Part shown: piece after piece, positions 1 to 10,806 of the stretch | Numbering within the stretch: the stretch's first letter is position 1 | How the letters are laid out: each line of letters begins with the position of its first letter | Assembly: GCA_023819255.1 (NCBI GenBank) | Contig: JAMWBU010000005.1 | Location: forward strand, 1,657 to 65,656 | Reading direction: 5' to 3' | DNA length: 64,000 bases | Source of the DNA: Candidatus Omnitrophota bacterium | GTDB taxonomy: Bacteria; Ratteibacteria; UBA8468; B48-G9; DTJG01 | The notes under the pieces: model-generated | The model's database searches: none | The model's input: the letters and a program-made list of their open reading frames with translations, nothing else | What the model was told of the DNA's origin: nothing | Position numbers and translations under genes: made by a program

Positions 1-371
1 AGGATTCTGTATGAACTTGTCTGATATGTGGCAGTGCGTACAACCCAGCCGATCCCTTTTCTGTGCATTCCTGGACAGCGAAACAGCAACATATTGGGTA
101 AATACGAGTCAATGCATTCCCTGTCTGGATAGTTCAGGACATACCCGGATCTATATCCTATTTCCGGCCATCCCCAACCATCATAGTCCTCCGAGTACAG
201 CAGCACCCCCAAATAAATCTGTTTCAGGTTATTAATGCAAGCCGCCTTGCGCGCCTGTTCGCGCGCCCTGGACAACACCGGCAGTAGCATCGCTGCTAAA
301 ATAGCAATAATCGCTATCACCACCAACAATTCTATGAGCGTAAAACCCTCCATCGGTCCTGTTCTTTTCAT
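1..371 (-). CDS. Prepilin-type N-terminal cleavage/methylation (DUF1559-like) protein, runs off the window edge
   Basis: Hand translation from ATG 371: [60 protein letters not shown] upstream; frame open to position 1. Confidence 0.9.
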   Translation of the reverse strand, partial: MKRTGPMEGFTLIELLVVIAIIAILAAMLLPVLSRAREQARKAACINNLKQIYLGVLLYSEDYDGWGWPEIGYRSGYVLNYPDRECIDSYLPNMLLFRCPGMHRKGIGWVVRTATYQTSSYRI

Positions 372-396
372 ATCGCCACACCTCCTTTTTCATTAC

Positions 397-990
397 CTAC
401 TTGTGTTCAGCAGTACTTTCCCGTACAATCAGTTCCGGCTGAATAACTACACTTTTAATCTCATCAGGTTTATCCGTCGACAGAATCTCCATAAGGAGTT
501 TTACCGCTTCCCTTCCAACTTTTTCGACATGGGTGTCCACTGTCGTCAAGGCAGGTTGAATCAGAGACGATTCGGAAATATTATCAAGCCCAACGATACT
601 TAAATCACCAGGAACTCAAAGGTTGTGCTTTCTGCAATAATCCAGAATGTGGAGAGCACGATAATCGTTAGCGGCAAATATGGCTGCAGGCGGATCAGGA
701 AGAGAAAAAAGTTCTTCCATAACCAGTTCATCCTGGTTCTTATCTGCGCCATTGGTTTCCTTCATAAGGTTCCAATCCAGCGGTATCCTTGCCTTTCGCA
801 AAGCCTTCTGGTATCCTTTGAACCTGGGAAGAAACCAGGCAGAGGTTATAGGTCCGGTAATGAAACCTATTCTTTTGTGGCCAAGCTCAATAAGATACTT
901 TGTTGCCAGATAGCCTGCCTTCTTCAAATCAATGATTACTGAATGGGTACCCGGCCTTAGAGACAGTTGGATATTATTTGCAAGTAGATG
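397..990 (-). pseudogene. LacI-type sugar-binding regulator remnant (no HTH, internal TGA)
   Basis: AGYLATKYLIELGHKRIG...AIFAAND...HNL*VPGDLSIVGLDN...LTTVD...PELIVRESTAEHK*; in-frame TGA at 616-618; frame closed by TAA near 991-993 upstream. Confidence 0.8.
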
Positions 991-1056
991 TTAAATTTCT
1001 TGATAACTGAAAAACACCTTATGAAAAATTGTAATGATTGGCAGAAATACAAACTC

Positions 1057-2187
1057 CTAATTTTTCAGCCAACCTGTCATTTTTGCAAGAATTCTACCAT
1101 ATTCAATGAAATTTCCCCATGAAATATCAGGTGGTACCCCATGATCGCAGGAAGGAATATACCCACCATCTTCAAGCAAAAATGGAATAAAACTCATTGC
1201 TTCTTCAAGTGCCTTTCCGCCCTTTGCTATTGCCCTTTTGTCTACTCCGCCTCTATAAGCCATGTTTTTCCCGAATTTTTTTCTGTATTCAATAAGATTG
1301 TTCCCTGCTGCTATCTCGATCGGGCTGCATACATCTACGCCTGACTCTATCCAGACAGGAATTAATTCGCCAATATAGCCGTCAGAATCAATTTCAATTA
1401 ATTTACATCCATTTTGCCTTGCTTTTTCACTCCAGGATTCCCAGCATGGAGCAAGAAATTTTTTTGCCATCTGTGGAGAGATCATGCTTTTTTCTTTATA
1501 TGCCATATCCTCACTTATAAGAATATGGTCACATGTTGCCTTTTCAAAAAATCTTTCCATCACAACAAGAACAAAACCTTTCCAGAATTCTGCCATTTCT
1601 TCAACAAAATCAGGATCCTCGATCATAAGCATACAAAGTCCTTCAAATCCGCACCATTCCCTCAGCTGCCAGAATGGACCATGAAAAGAAAGGGACTGAA
1701 GCCATGTCCTGTTTTTGTTTGCTATTGCAAGCTCATCGAAATTTTGCGGAAGTCTTACTGGATCATATGGGTCATACCTTTTTTTCATCTCATACCAGTC
1801 ATTTCTTGTTTCAACCGGAAACTTATGCCATTTTCGTGTGACAAAGTCCTTCGCAGCGCGAAGATAAGATAAATCGTAAGTATCAGAAATTTCCACAATT
1901 GCGCCCATCCAATCCTGGACAATGTAATGACCTTCCTCGTGCTTTAGTATTTTTTCTTCAAAAATCGGATTCATCGCAAATGAAACACTGATGTATTTTG
2001 AGGTATCGGGTTTTTTATATTCAATTCCGATAATTGAACAGAGCGCTTCCATATAATCCTGATTTTCGCCAAGGCCTTCAGAGCGCCACCTTCTTAGCGT
2101 TGACTCCCTTGGACCACCAGGGATAAAACTAATCTTATCTGGTTTGCTGAAATCAAGAGAAGCGATAAATCTTTCTCTAAAATTCAT
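1057..2187 (-). CDS. Uroporphyrinogen decarboxylase (UroD/MtaA-like) family protein
   Basis: SEDMAYK, IDSDG, GGVDKR, GGYIPSCDHGVPPD motifs. Confidence 0.85.
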   Translation of the reverse strand: MNFRERFIASLDFSKPDKISFIPGGPRESTLRRWRSEGLGENQDYMEALCSIIGIEYKKPDTSKYISVSFAMNPIFEEKILKHEEGHYIVQDWMGAIVEISDTYDLSYLRAAKDFVTRKWHKFPVETRNDWYEMKKRYDPYDPVRLPQNFDELAIANKNRTWLQSLSFHGPFWQLREWCGFEGLCMLMIEDPDFVEEMAEFWKGFVLVVMERFFEKATCDHILISEDMAYKEKSMISPQMAKKFLAPCWESWSEKARQNGCKLIEIDSDGYIGELIPVWIESGVDVCSPIEIAAGNNLIEYRKKFGKNMAYRGGVDKRAIAKGGKALEEAMSFIPFLLEDGGYIPSCDHGVPPDISWGNFIEYGRILAKMTGWLKN

Positions 2188-3329
2188 AATCTCTCCTTTT
2201 TTCTGGAAAACTTTTTATCCTGTAAACTGTGCCATATTTCAATTACCTGTTCCGGCTCTTCTCCTGCGAAAATCTGTGGCACAAATATCAAATTACCCTT
2301 TCTTTCAAGGGGTTCAAGCACGCGCATAAAATAATCAGACAGAGATTCTTTTTCAAATCTTTTTACTGTTCCAAAGTATGTCTTTCCGCTTTGTGCAATG
2401 GCCTTCATAGTATCTTTCCAGTCAAACCGCTCAGGATTGCCGAAATTGATAATTTTTATATAAGGGCACTGAAGAAAAAATTCCATCAGGTGAGAGCCAC
2501 TTCCGCAAAAATGCAAAAATGCGCCAAACTTAGAAATTGATTTCTCAAAATATGGATAAACCTTTTTAAAAAGTTCGGGTGAAAGCAAAGTTGTTGTGTC
2601 ATCGCAGGTCCTGACACCGGCGCTGGCCATAAAAATTCCGCTGTGAAATCCCTGGCTTAACGGTTCACCAATAAAGCCCTTCATAAAGGAACTTGCAGAA
2701 ACATAAACATATGTTGTAAGAGTAAGAATGTGCTCAACAAATTTCTCGTCGTCAAAAAACTCGGTAAAAATTCTATCTCCTGCGATAAGATGAGCCAAAT
2801 CAAATACTCCCTGAGTATCAGAAAGATAAATTTTGACAAACGGAATGTCTTCAAGTTTTTTCTTATAGAATTCAGTGTATCTGATCCAGTCAGGCATCAA
2901 TCCCTTTTTTTCAACTGGCTCAAAATCTTCAGCCTTCAGCTTCAAAATTTCATTTTTATCGAGGTGCTCTTTTAACCATGGCATCTTATCAGGAAAAATC
3001 TCCTGCTTAAGTCCAAAGATTGTTGCAAGGAAACCTGTTCCGAAATTTACCCTTACGCATGGGATATTGTCTCCTTTTCCTCTGAGCACTGAAAGACATC
3101 CCCATAATTGAGTATAGAGCATCTTTTCAGGGTCATAGAATTGCTGCTTCATATCACAGGATGGAAATTTTTCAATCTCAGGCGCTTTGCCATAAAGAAC
3201 TATGGGAATATAATCCGGCTCAATATTATTCTGGACTGCTTCTTGCCTTTTTATGGCAAGCGCCTGTCTTTTTTCATCATTTTCCTTCTCTATCATTTCA
3301 ATCAGTTCATCAAGCGGAACTTTTTCCAT
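2184..3329 (-). CDS. UroD/MtaA-like family protein (divergent)
   Basis: DTQGVFDLA, CDDTTTLLSP, LHFCG motifs; 4-bp overlap with the downstream paralog. Confidence 0.7.
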   Translation of the reverse strand: MEKVPLDELIEMIEKENDEKRQALAIKRQEAVQNNIEPDYIPIVLYGKAPEIEKFPSCDMKQQFYDPEKMLYTQLWGCLSVLRGKGDNIPCVRVNFGTGFLATIFGLKQEIFPDKMPWLKEHLDKNEILKLKAEDFEPVEKKGLMPDWIRYTEFYKKKLEDIPFVKIYLSDTQGVFDLAHLIAGDRIFTEFFDDEKFVEHILTLTTYVYVSASSFMKGFIGEPLSQGFHSGIFMASAGVRTCDDTTTLLSPELFKKVYPYFEKSISKFGAFLHFCGSGSHLMEFFLQCPYIKIINFGNPERFDWKDTMKAIAQSGKTYFGTVKRFEKESLSDYFMRVLEPLERKGNLIFVPQIFAGEEPEQVIEIWHSLQDKKFSRKKERL

Positions 3330-3457
3330 ATAACTCTCCTTTTAACATACTGCGAAAAGGAACATCTTCGAAAATCAGCTATTTTAATGCTAAAAAACCA
3401 TTCGCCAGAAATCTCTCAGGATATCTTTGTATCTGTGAATTTTTATTACTGTATCTT

Positions 3458-6442
3458 TCATTCTGGCATCACGATAAAATCAAAAGCGCCTTCAAGGTCC
3501 ATTGTGATTATTGTTTGCTTTGCTTTTTTTTCAATAGATTTCAATGTGCTTTCTGTTGAAAAGGGCTTCCCCTTTAACGACTGGTTAATTATCAATTTCA
3601 GGTTTTCAACCGGTTTTCCTGACCAGTTTGATATTGTGATTATCTTTGCCTTTTTTCCTTCAATAAGATTTGCCTCAACAAGGTAGTTATCAGTAAAAAC
3701 AGGCGCATTATATTCAAAACTGGAAACAATGTCCTTAAACATCTTTCTTATGGATTCAGGATACTCAGGAGGACAATCAGAAAAAGAAGAAACCCTTTCT
3801 TTCTGTCTGTTTGCGATCACAGCTGAACGCATGTAAGAAATCCCGGGTAAAAAACCACTTATCGCAATTTTCCCTCTGCCCTTTGTTTTTATTGCAAGGG
3901 CAGGATTTCCATCAGAAAAAAATGCGATTGCCTGAGAACTGCTTACATTTTTCATCTTTTGAAACCCGCACACAAGCTCGATTGTTTCTGAAACTGTGGA
4001 ATCAGCAAGTTTAACAAAATCAAAAGGTTTCAACGCAGGCAATCCATAGTAATCGCTGCCTGGTTCAGAAATAAAGTTGAATGCGTCTCTATTTATTCCA
4101 AGATGACTGTCAATGTTTTGTGGATTGTTAAATCTATCATAAATTGCACTTCCTGCGTCAATGAAGAGAAAACCACCATCTGCAGTCCATTCAAAAAGAT
4201 TCTGCATAACCTCTGAAGGAATATGAGAACCTGTAACAAAAATTGCCTTATAGGGTTTAATTTTTCTGTCTATCACATCTTTTTCTGTGATGATATCACA
4301 TTCATATCCAAGATGTCTCAATATAAGCCATAGCCCCATCCTCTCTTTGCCAGAAACAGATGTTGCCTGTTTCAATGTCCATATATCTGTGGTTTGAGAA
4401 TATAAAATAGCCACAGAACTTTTTCGAACTGATGCTTCAAGCAGATAGTCTTCAATTTTCCCGATAGAGTGATTTATTTTCTGTACAGCCGCATATAGGG
4501 AAGGTTCTGGAAGTGGACAGTCAATTCCTGCATAATAGGGTCCATAATTGTAGTAATATATTGCCTTTGCGCCGTGGCCTATCTCAGACGCAACCTTTGC
4601 CTGGGTATCCCAGGGATTTCTGAATATACAATACATTCCAAAGCGATTCTTTGAAGCAGAGCGTAGAAAATCAGCGCGATAACCGCACAGTTGATGGGTT
4701 GTTCCATGATTCAACCAATCCTCTGTCCAGCCAAAAGTAAGAGCGCCTGATTCAAAAATCAAAAACCAGTCGTCTCCTGAATGAAGCATATTCCCGGTAT
4801 ACGTCAGATATTCGCCAAGGTTAGCCGTGGTCTTGGGGTCAGGCGTAAAACTTCCCAGCAAATCTGTTCCGATTTTAAAAAATTCAGCCAGCACCCAGTT
4901 TCTGTAAAGTGCTGTATAATAATATCTTGGGCCATCTTCGGGATTATTTGACGGAAAAATCTGTTCAAGCTCATTCATCCCGAATACTTCTGGCTTGACT
5001 TTTGTTTTTCTCAAAAATTCCCTGAACTTTACGTGGCAGATACTGCATTTGACGATATGCTCCATGCTCACAGAACCAGGTTCATCCATCTGGCTCCATG
5101 CAACCATATCCTTAAAAAGGTCCTGTTTTAAAAATTTTTCTCCAGCTGAATTAACGATATTCTTAATTGCGTCCAGCTGTGGATCCGCAAGACAGCCATT
5201 TCTTGCAAGATGGAAATATGTTGCACCGCCTTTATACTTTGTAAACCCGGCTTCATAGTATAAAGGATCATAACTCCCGATACTGTTAAATCCCATTTTC
5301 GAAAGCACATAAAATTCATTTTCTAAAGTCGCCGGCTGGTAGAAAGAGGAATTCACTGCACAACCTGTCATAACAGGAAATTTTTCCGGCCTTTTGCCGG
5401 CAACTTCAGGAAGTTTTTTTGCAATCCCGTATCCCTTCATACTTCCTTCAAGATCACTGATGATTTTGTCTCTTTTTGACAGGTCAATAAGTAGCAACAT
5501 ACCTGAGCCTTTGCCTGACCTTGTAAAGGTCTTGAAAATTCCATCGTCAGATGGAGTGCTCGATAAAAAAACTGTAAATTCAGAAGACTCAACTCCAGTA
5601 TAATATTCCTGCATTGCCATCAGTTCAAGCTTATGGTCGCCCATCACATCAAAAAAAGATGTGGTGTTAATCCATGGAGACTCATCGCCTGCTCTTAAAA
5701 AATTAGGATTTTCTCCTTCAGGCCTGTATCCTGTAAAACATCCGTAGACAAGACCTGTTTTGAAAATGTTCGAATGCGGAATATGCCATGGTGGCTGGGG
5801 CCTTCTTCCAAAGATATGTATAACACATGGATATTTATGGTTCTTTCCCATGCGAACCTTCATATAAAGCTGCTCTGTGAAATCCGCCATTACAGGTTCA
5901 TAATCCTTTTCATCGCATAAAACGATTATATCGATATGCCTTGTGACCCAGGACGCGCCACCGCGCGGTTCAACCTTCGTAACCACAATATCTGCAGAAC
6001 CTGCCTGTAAATTCACATCAAACCAATCCCAGACAAACTGTCCGTATCCATCCCCCCATTTTTTCTTTCCATCATCGGTATTTCTCAAGCTTTCATTATC
6101 AAAAGTTCTCTCTGCTTTAATATTATCCTGCTGAACAATACTTACCTTAAACATACCCCTGTATGGAAGAATATCAAGATACCTGACCCATAGTTTGTAC
6201 TCGCCCGCTTTTTTTATATTGACTGTTTTTCTTGCTTCCGCAGGACCCCCGATTGAACCTCTAAGCATCTTCCCTTTCGAAGGGAATCCGTAGTACCATC
6301 CAGGAAAGTGTTCAACAACCTGCCACTTCTGTGTTTCAACAGTAATCATATCCTCTGCTTCGAAAAATATCTTTTCAGCAAAGGCCTGTGAAAAGAAAAT
6401 AAAAAGCAAAATAATACTCGCATAGAAAAATTTTTTATTCAT
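3458..6442 (-). CDS. Large secreted putative glycoside hydrolase with beta-galactosidase trimerisation-like domain
   Basis: Signal peptide (AFA-E), N-terminal FEAE CBM-like domain, QMDEPG, VAILYS...GFLFIDAG...GRGKI. Confidence 0.65.
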   Translation of the reverse strand: MNKKFFYASIILLFIFFSQAFAEKIFFEAEDMITVETQKWQVVEHFPGWYYGFPSKGKMLRGSIGGPAEARKTVNIKKAGEYKLWVRYLDILPYRGMFKVSIVQQDNIKAERTFDNESLRNTDDGKKKWGDGYGQFVWDWFDVNLQAGSADIVVTKVEPRGGASWVTRHIDIIVLCDEKDYEPVMADFTEQLYMKVRMGKNHKYPCVIHIFGRRPQPPWHIPHSNIFKTGLVYGCFTGYRPEGENPNFLRAGDESPWINTTSFFDVMGDHKLELMAMQEYYTGVESSEFTVFLSSTPSDDGIFKTFTRSGKGSGMLLLIDLSKRDKIISDLEGSMKGYGIAKKLPEVAGKRPEKFPVMTGCAVNSSFYQPATLENEFYVLSKMGFNSIGSYDPLYYEAGFTKYKGGATYFHLARNGCLADPQLDAIKNIVNSAGEKFLKQDLFKDMVAWSQMDEPGSVSMEHIVKCSICHVKFREFLRKTKVKPEVFGMNELEQIFPSNNPEDGPRYYYTALYRNWVLAEFFKIGTDLLGSFTPDPKTTANLGEYLTYTGNMLHSGDDWFLIFESGALTFGWTEDWLNHGTTHQLCGYRADFLRSASKNRFGMYCIFRNPWDTQAKVASEIGHGAKAIYYYNYGPYYAGIDCPLPEPSLYAAVQKINHSIGKIEDYLLEASVRKSSVAILYSQTTDIWTLKQATSVSGKERMGLWLILRHLGYECDIITEKDVIDRKIKPYKAIFVTGSHIPSEVMQNLFEWTADGGFLFIDAGSAIYDRFNNPQNIDSHLGINRDAFNFISEPGSDYYGLPALKPFDFVKLADSTVSETIELVCGFQKMKNVSSSQAIAFFSDGNPALAIKTKGRGKIAISGFLPGISYMRSAVIANRQKERVSSFSDCPPEYPESIRKMFKDIVSSFEYNAPVFTDNYLVEANLIEGKKAKIITISNWSGKPVENLKLIINQSLKGKPFSTESTLKSIEKKAKQTIITMDLEGAFDFIVMPE

Positions 6443-6594
6443 CTTTTTCCTTCAATTTATAAAATTATTTTCTATCCTGTTTCTGAAACCTTCGTCATTA
6501 ATGATCTTGAATTAATCCAGAATATTTTTATTCAATATCCATTATATGTTATCCTGAATTAACGAAAACTCAAAGCCAAAGTATAATATAGATT

Positions 6595-7737
6595 ATGAAA
6601 ATCGTCATTTGCCCTGACTCATTCAAAGGCTCTTTCAGCGCGAAAGAGGTTGCAAAAGCCATCCGGAAAGGAATGAAAAGCGTTTTAACGGATGCACAAT
6701 ATTCAATTCTACCAATGGCTGATGGTGGGGAGGGAACCACTGACGCTCTTTTAAATGCCATAGGCGGGAAAAAATATAAAGCACTTGTCTCTGACCCCCT
6801 GGGAAGAAAAATCTGCGCAGAGTATGCAATTCTGTCTGATGGTACAGGCGTAATTGAAATGGCATCAGCAAGTGGATTACCACTATTGAAGCCAGAAGAG
6901 AGAAATCCGCTTCTCACATCAACATATGGCACAGGCCAACTTATTCTGGAGCTCATCAAAAAAAAAGTTAAATCATTCCTGATAGGTGTTGGCGGAAGCG
7001 CAACAGTCGATGGCGGAATGGGAATGGCAAAAGCCCTTGGAGTCAAATTTTATTCAAGGTCAAAAAAAGAATTAAGAGAAGGTGGTGGATTTCTTGGAAA
7101 ACTTGTAAAAATTGACACTTCAGGAATAAATGTTGATGTTTTGAGAACCGATATTACTGTTCTTTGCGATGTTACAAATCCATTGACCGGCAGATACGGA
7201 GCAGCAAAGGTTTTTGCACCGCAAAAAGGCGCCGACATAAAAATGGTGGAGCTCCTTGAAAAAAACCTCCGCCATTATGCGCAAGTCATACGAGAGCAAT
7301 TAAAAAAAGATGTTGAAAACATACCTGGTTCTGGTGCCGCGGGAGGTCTGGCAGCAGGTCTTGTTGCCTTTCTCAATGCAAAAATTAAAGAAGGAAGCAA
7401 ATTTATCGCAGAAAAAATAGAACTCGAAAAACATATAAAGGATGCTGACATTGTTATAACAGGAGAAGGCAGGATCGATGGCCAGGTGAGTTTTGGAAAA
7501 ACCATCATGGCAGTCCTTGAAAAAGCAAAAAGGCATAATGTACCTGTGATTGCCCTCTGTGGAATTAAATCAGGTTCAATCGACGATTTGTACAGAAACG
7601 GACTTACCGCTGTTTTCTCAATTGTACCGGGACCGGTAAAACTTGAAGAATCAATAAAAAACGCCGGTGATTTCATTAAAGATACATCGAGGGAAATCGC
7701 TAGGTTGATAAAATGTTTCTGCAGGAAAAGATTGTAG
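6595..7737 (+). CDS. glxK: Glycerate kinase
   Basis: ICPDSFKGS, PMADGGEGT, GGSATVDGG, GAAGG, ITGEGRIDGQ. Confidence 0.95.
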   Translation: MKIVICPDSFKGSFSAKEVAKAIRKGMKSVLTDAQYSILPMADGGEGTTDALLNAIGGKKYKALVSDPLGRKICAEYAILSDGTGVIEMASASGLPLLKPEERNPLLTSTYGTGQLILELIKKKVKSFLIGVGGSATVDGGMGMAKALGVKFYSRSKKELREGGGFLGKLVKIDTSGINVDVLRTDITVLCDVTNPLTGRYGAAKVFAPQKGADIKMVELLEKNLRHYAQVIREQLKKDVENIPGSGAAGGLAAGLVAFLNAKIKEGSKFIAEKIELEKHIKDADIVITGEGRIDGQVSFGKTIMAVLEKAKRHNVPVIALCGIKSGSIDDLYRNGLTAVFSIVPGPVKLEESIKNAGDFIKDTSREIARLIKCFCRKRL

Positions 7738-10682
7738 AATTCAGAAAATCCTCTTTGTTGACAGGTATTGTTGAAAAATTAAGAAAGGGCCGGTACCCTT
7801 TGTTTTTTTGCAGTAAAAATTATGGATTTTTTTCTTTCCTTGTATCGAGCCTTTGCTGCGATTTAAAGGATAAAATTTTTCTTGTTATCTGCCAGGATCC
7901 TGAAACTGCGGAAATCTTTTATTCAAACATAAAAACCTTTCTGGATAAGTCAGTCATTCTTTTCCCAGAAAAGGATGTTCACCTCCCACCCGACCATCCT
8001 GTACAGGCAAAAGAAATAGAAAGGGTGATGTGCCTGGCAGATTTAATCAAAAAAAATTGCAGCGCTGTCGTCACATCAATTCAGGCAATATCAGTTTTGC
8101 TGCCTGATATATCAAATTTTGTCCAGCACATCATAGAAATAAGGCCCGGACTTGAGATAAAACGTGAAAAACTTATCTCTCGCCTTATTGCCTATGGATA
8201 CGAAGAGGTTGAGGTCGTTGAAAACCCGGGGGAATTTTGTAGAAGAGGCGGAATAATTGATTTTTTCCAGTTCAAAGGTCAGGCAATAAGAATCGTATTT
8301 GTAGGAGACACAGTGGAATCAATAAGAACATTTGATCCGCAAACACAGATGTCAACAGGAAAAATTGAAAACTGCAAGCTTATTTCGTTAAATGAAAGTT
8401 TCATCAGCGCTCAAAATAGGTCAAGTATCTTTGATTACGCAGGAGAAAACAGAATTATCTTTCTGGTAGGTGCAGCTTCTTTTGAAGATAAACACAGGCA
8501 ACTTAAACAGTTGTGCCATCGCTCAATAAAAAAAGATATCATTGAAATGGACATTTTGAAAACGCAAATTTCCCGGTCAATTTCTCTGGAGCTTGAAATC
8601 CCACCGGATGCCGAAATCGACAGAATTGTTGTTTTCCCTGTGGACACTCCTTCAAGATTTGGCTTCACTGGTGAACAATTCGTCTGGAATCCAGTGAAAA
8701 ATGAACAGATTTTTATTGTTGAAGAAAACAAAATTCACAGGGAAAATCTGAAGAAAATTTTAAAAGACCACAATGTTGAGATTGATGACAATCATTTCAT
8801 TGATGGATATCTTTCAGACCCTTTTACCTTTCCTGTGATAAATTTGACGCTTATTAACACTACCACAATCTTTAATGCAAAACCGGGAAGACCTTTTCGC
8901 AGATTTATGGAGTCGCTACCAGTAACTGAAAGAGACCAGCTTTCTGATGGTGATTATGTCGTCCATTACCAGTATGGTATTGCAAAATTTGACGGTTTTG
9001 AAAAAATCGGTCCCGGTGATGAGGAATTCTTAAAGCTTGAGTTTGCAGAAGGCGAAAAACTTTATCTTCCTTTAAGCGATATTGAATTCATCCATAAATA
9101 TGTTGGGACAAAAGAGAATCCGCAATTGAGTAAGCTCGGAAGCAAAACCTGGATAAAGATAAGAAACGGCGTGAAAGAAGGAATTCAGAATATTGCGAGA
9201 GAACTCTATAATCTGTATGTCGAAAGAAAACACGGTAGGGGCTTTGCATACCCTGAAGATGATGAGTTTCAAAGAATGATTGAAGAAAAATTTCCATACC
9301 AGGAAACTGTTGACCAGCTCAGGGCAATTGAGGAAATAAAAAAGGACCTCCAGAGCACGAAAATTATGGACAGACTTCTGTGCGGAGATTCAGGATATGG
9401 AAAAACGGAACTGGCGATTCGCGCTGCTTTCAAGGTAGTTTCCGGAGGAAAACAGGTGGCTCTACTTTGTCCAACAACAGTGCTTGCTCAACAGCATTTA
9501 AGAACATTCAGGCAGAGAATGCATGGATTCCCGGTAAATATTGAAATGCTTTCCAGATTATATTCGACCTCGCGGCAGAAAAAAATACTTGAACAAATCG
9601 CAACAGGTAAAATTGATATCATCATAGGTACACATAGAATCCTGCAGGAAGATGTCTTATTCAAAAATCTCGGACTTATCATTATCGATGAAGAACAGAG
9701 ATTCGGCGTGTTGCACAAAGAAAAACTCAAAACAAAATTCAGAAACATCGAGGTTTTAACCCTCACTGCGACTCCGATTCCGAGAACGTTGTATTTTTCC
9801 CTTTCTGGTTTGAGGGATATCAGTTTGCTTGAAACCCCGCCGGAGGGAAGATTATCTGTTGCCACATATGTTGGAAGATACAGCGATACGATAGTAAGAA
9901 TGGCAATTCTTAATGAGCTTGAAAGACAGGGACAGATTTTTTATCTTCACAATAGAATCTATGACATACACACTGTCAAGAATAAATTGCAACAGATGTT
10001 TCCTGCAACAAACATTGCCATTGCTCACGGAAGAATGAGCGAACAGAATCTCGCTTCTGTTATGGAGGACTTCTCGGATGGAAAAATTCAGATACTTGTT
10101 GCCACAACAATCGTTGAAAACGGACTTGATGTTCCAAACGCAAATACCCTGATTGTTGACAATGCGCATCTTTTTGGTCTGGCTGACCTTTATCAGCTGC
10201 GGGGAAGGGTTGGAAGATACAGGGTAAAGGCATATGCGTATTTTCTCATTCCCGGCCATCTTCCTATATCAGAACAGACAAAGGAAAGATTGAAAGCCCT
10301 CAGCGAACTTGTAAAGCCAGGAAGCGGAATGAAAATTGCGATGAGAGACCTTCAAATTCGAGGAGCAGGAGATATTCTTGGAAAGAAGCAGAGCGGATAT
10401 ATCAATCAGGTTGGATTTGAGCTTTACTGCAGGTTCTGGAAGGAAGTATCTTCTAAATATACTGGCGAAAAGGTGCAAGAGCCACAAACCCGACCGATGC
10501 TGCGCGGTTTTATCGATCCTGAGTGGATCCCAGCGCCTGGATTGAGATTTGAACTTTACAAAAGAATTTCTGAAATACAGGATTTTCAACATGCAAAAAT
10601 AATTCTTGAGGAATTAGAAGATAGATTTGGTCAGATTCCTGAAAAGGTGAAAAAAATGATTTTATCTATATCAACTGTGTGA
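7713..10682 (+). CDS. mfd: Transcription-repair coupling factor
   Basis: UvrB-like module (GEFCRRGGIID), CGDSGYGKTE, DEEQRFG, TATPIPRT, QLRGRVGR, TRG motif. Confidence 0.95.
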   Translation: MFLQEKIVEFRKSSLLTGIVEKLRKGRYPLFFCSKNYGFFSFLVSSLCCDLKDKIFLVICQDPETAEIFYSNIKTFLDKSVILFPEKDVHLPPDHPVQAKEIERVMCLADLIKKNCSAVVTSIQAISVLLPDISNFVQHIIEIRPGLEIKREKLISRLIAYGYEEVEVVENPGEFCRRGGIIDFFQFKGQAIRIVFVGDTVESIRTFDPQTQMSTGKIENCKLISLNESFISAQNRSSIFDYAGENRIIFLVGAASFEDKHRQLKQLCHRSIKKDIIEMDILKTQISRSISLELEIPPDAEIDRIVVFPVDTPSRFGFTGEQFVWNPVKNEQIFIVEENKIHRENLKKILKDHNVEIDDNHFIDGYLSDPFTFPVINLTLINTTTIFNAKPGRPFRRFMESLPVTERDQLSDGDYVVHYQYGIAKFDGFEKIGPGDEEFLKLEFAEGEKLYLPLSDIEFIHKYVGTKENPQLSKLGSKTWIKIRNGVKEGIQNIARELYNLYVERKHGRGFAYPEDDEFQRMIEEKFPYQETVDQLRAIEEIKKDLQSTKIMDRLLCGDSGYGKTELAIRAAFKVVSGGKQVALLCPTTVLAQQHLRTFRQRMHGFPVNIEMLSRLYSTSRQKKILEQIATGKIDIIIGTHRILQEDVLFKNLGLIIIDEEQRFGVLHKEKLKTKFRNIEVLTLTATPIPRTLYFSLSGLRDISLLETPPEGRLSVATYVGRYSDTIVRMAILNELERQGQIFYLHNRIYDIHTVKNKLQQMFPATNIAIAHGRMSEQNLASVMEDFSDGKIQILVATTIVENGLDVPNANTLIVDNAHLFGLADLYQLRGRVGRYRVKAYAYFLIPGHLPISEQTKERLKALSELVKPGSGMKIAMRDLQIRGAGDILGKKQSGYINQVGFELYCRFWKEVSSKYTGEKVQEPQTRPMLRGFIDPEWIPAPGLRFELYKRISEIQDFQHAKIILEELEDRFGQIPEKVKKMILSISTV

Positions 10683-10806
10683 GATGTTTGTTTTTTCCCA
10701 TCTTTCTCAAAGAGTGGTTGTGCGCGCACCTGCTAGATTTCTTTGACTTAAACAGCAAAATATGCTTTATTAACAACAGATTAAATTTAAACAATGGAGG
10801 TTTAAT

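Noticed and set aside
235..603. Plus-strand 122-aa ORF and the many other short antisense ORFs in the track
   Set aside because: They are shadows of well-supported genes on the opposite strand or in another frame.
616..618. TGA read-through as selenocysteine or an alternative genetic code
   Set aside because: TGA terminates normal genes here (mfd, purF, ileS), the position is not a Cys site in LacI proteins, and the gene is also 5'-truncated.
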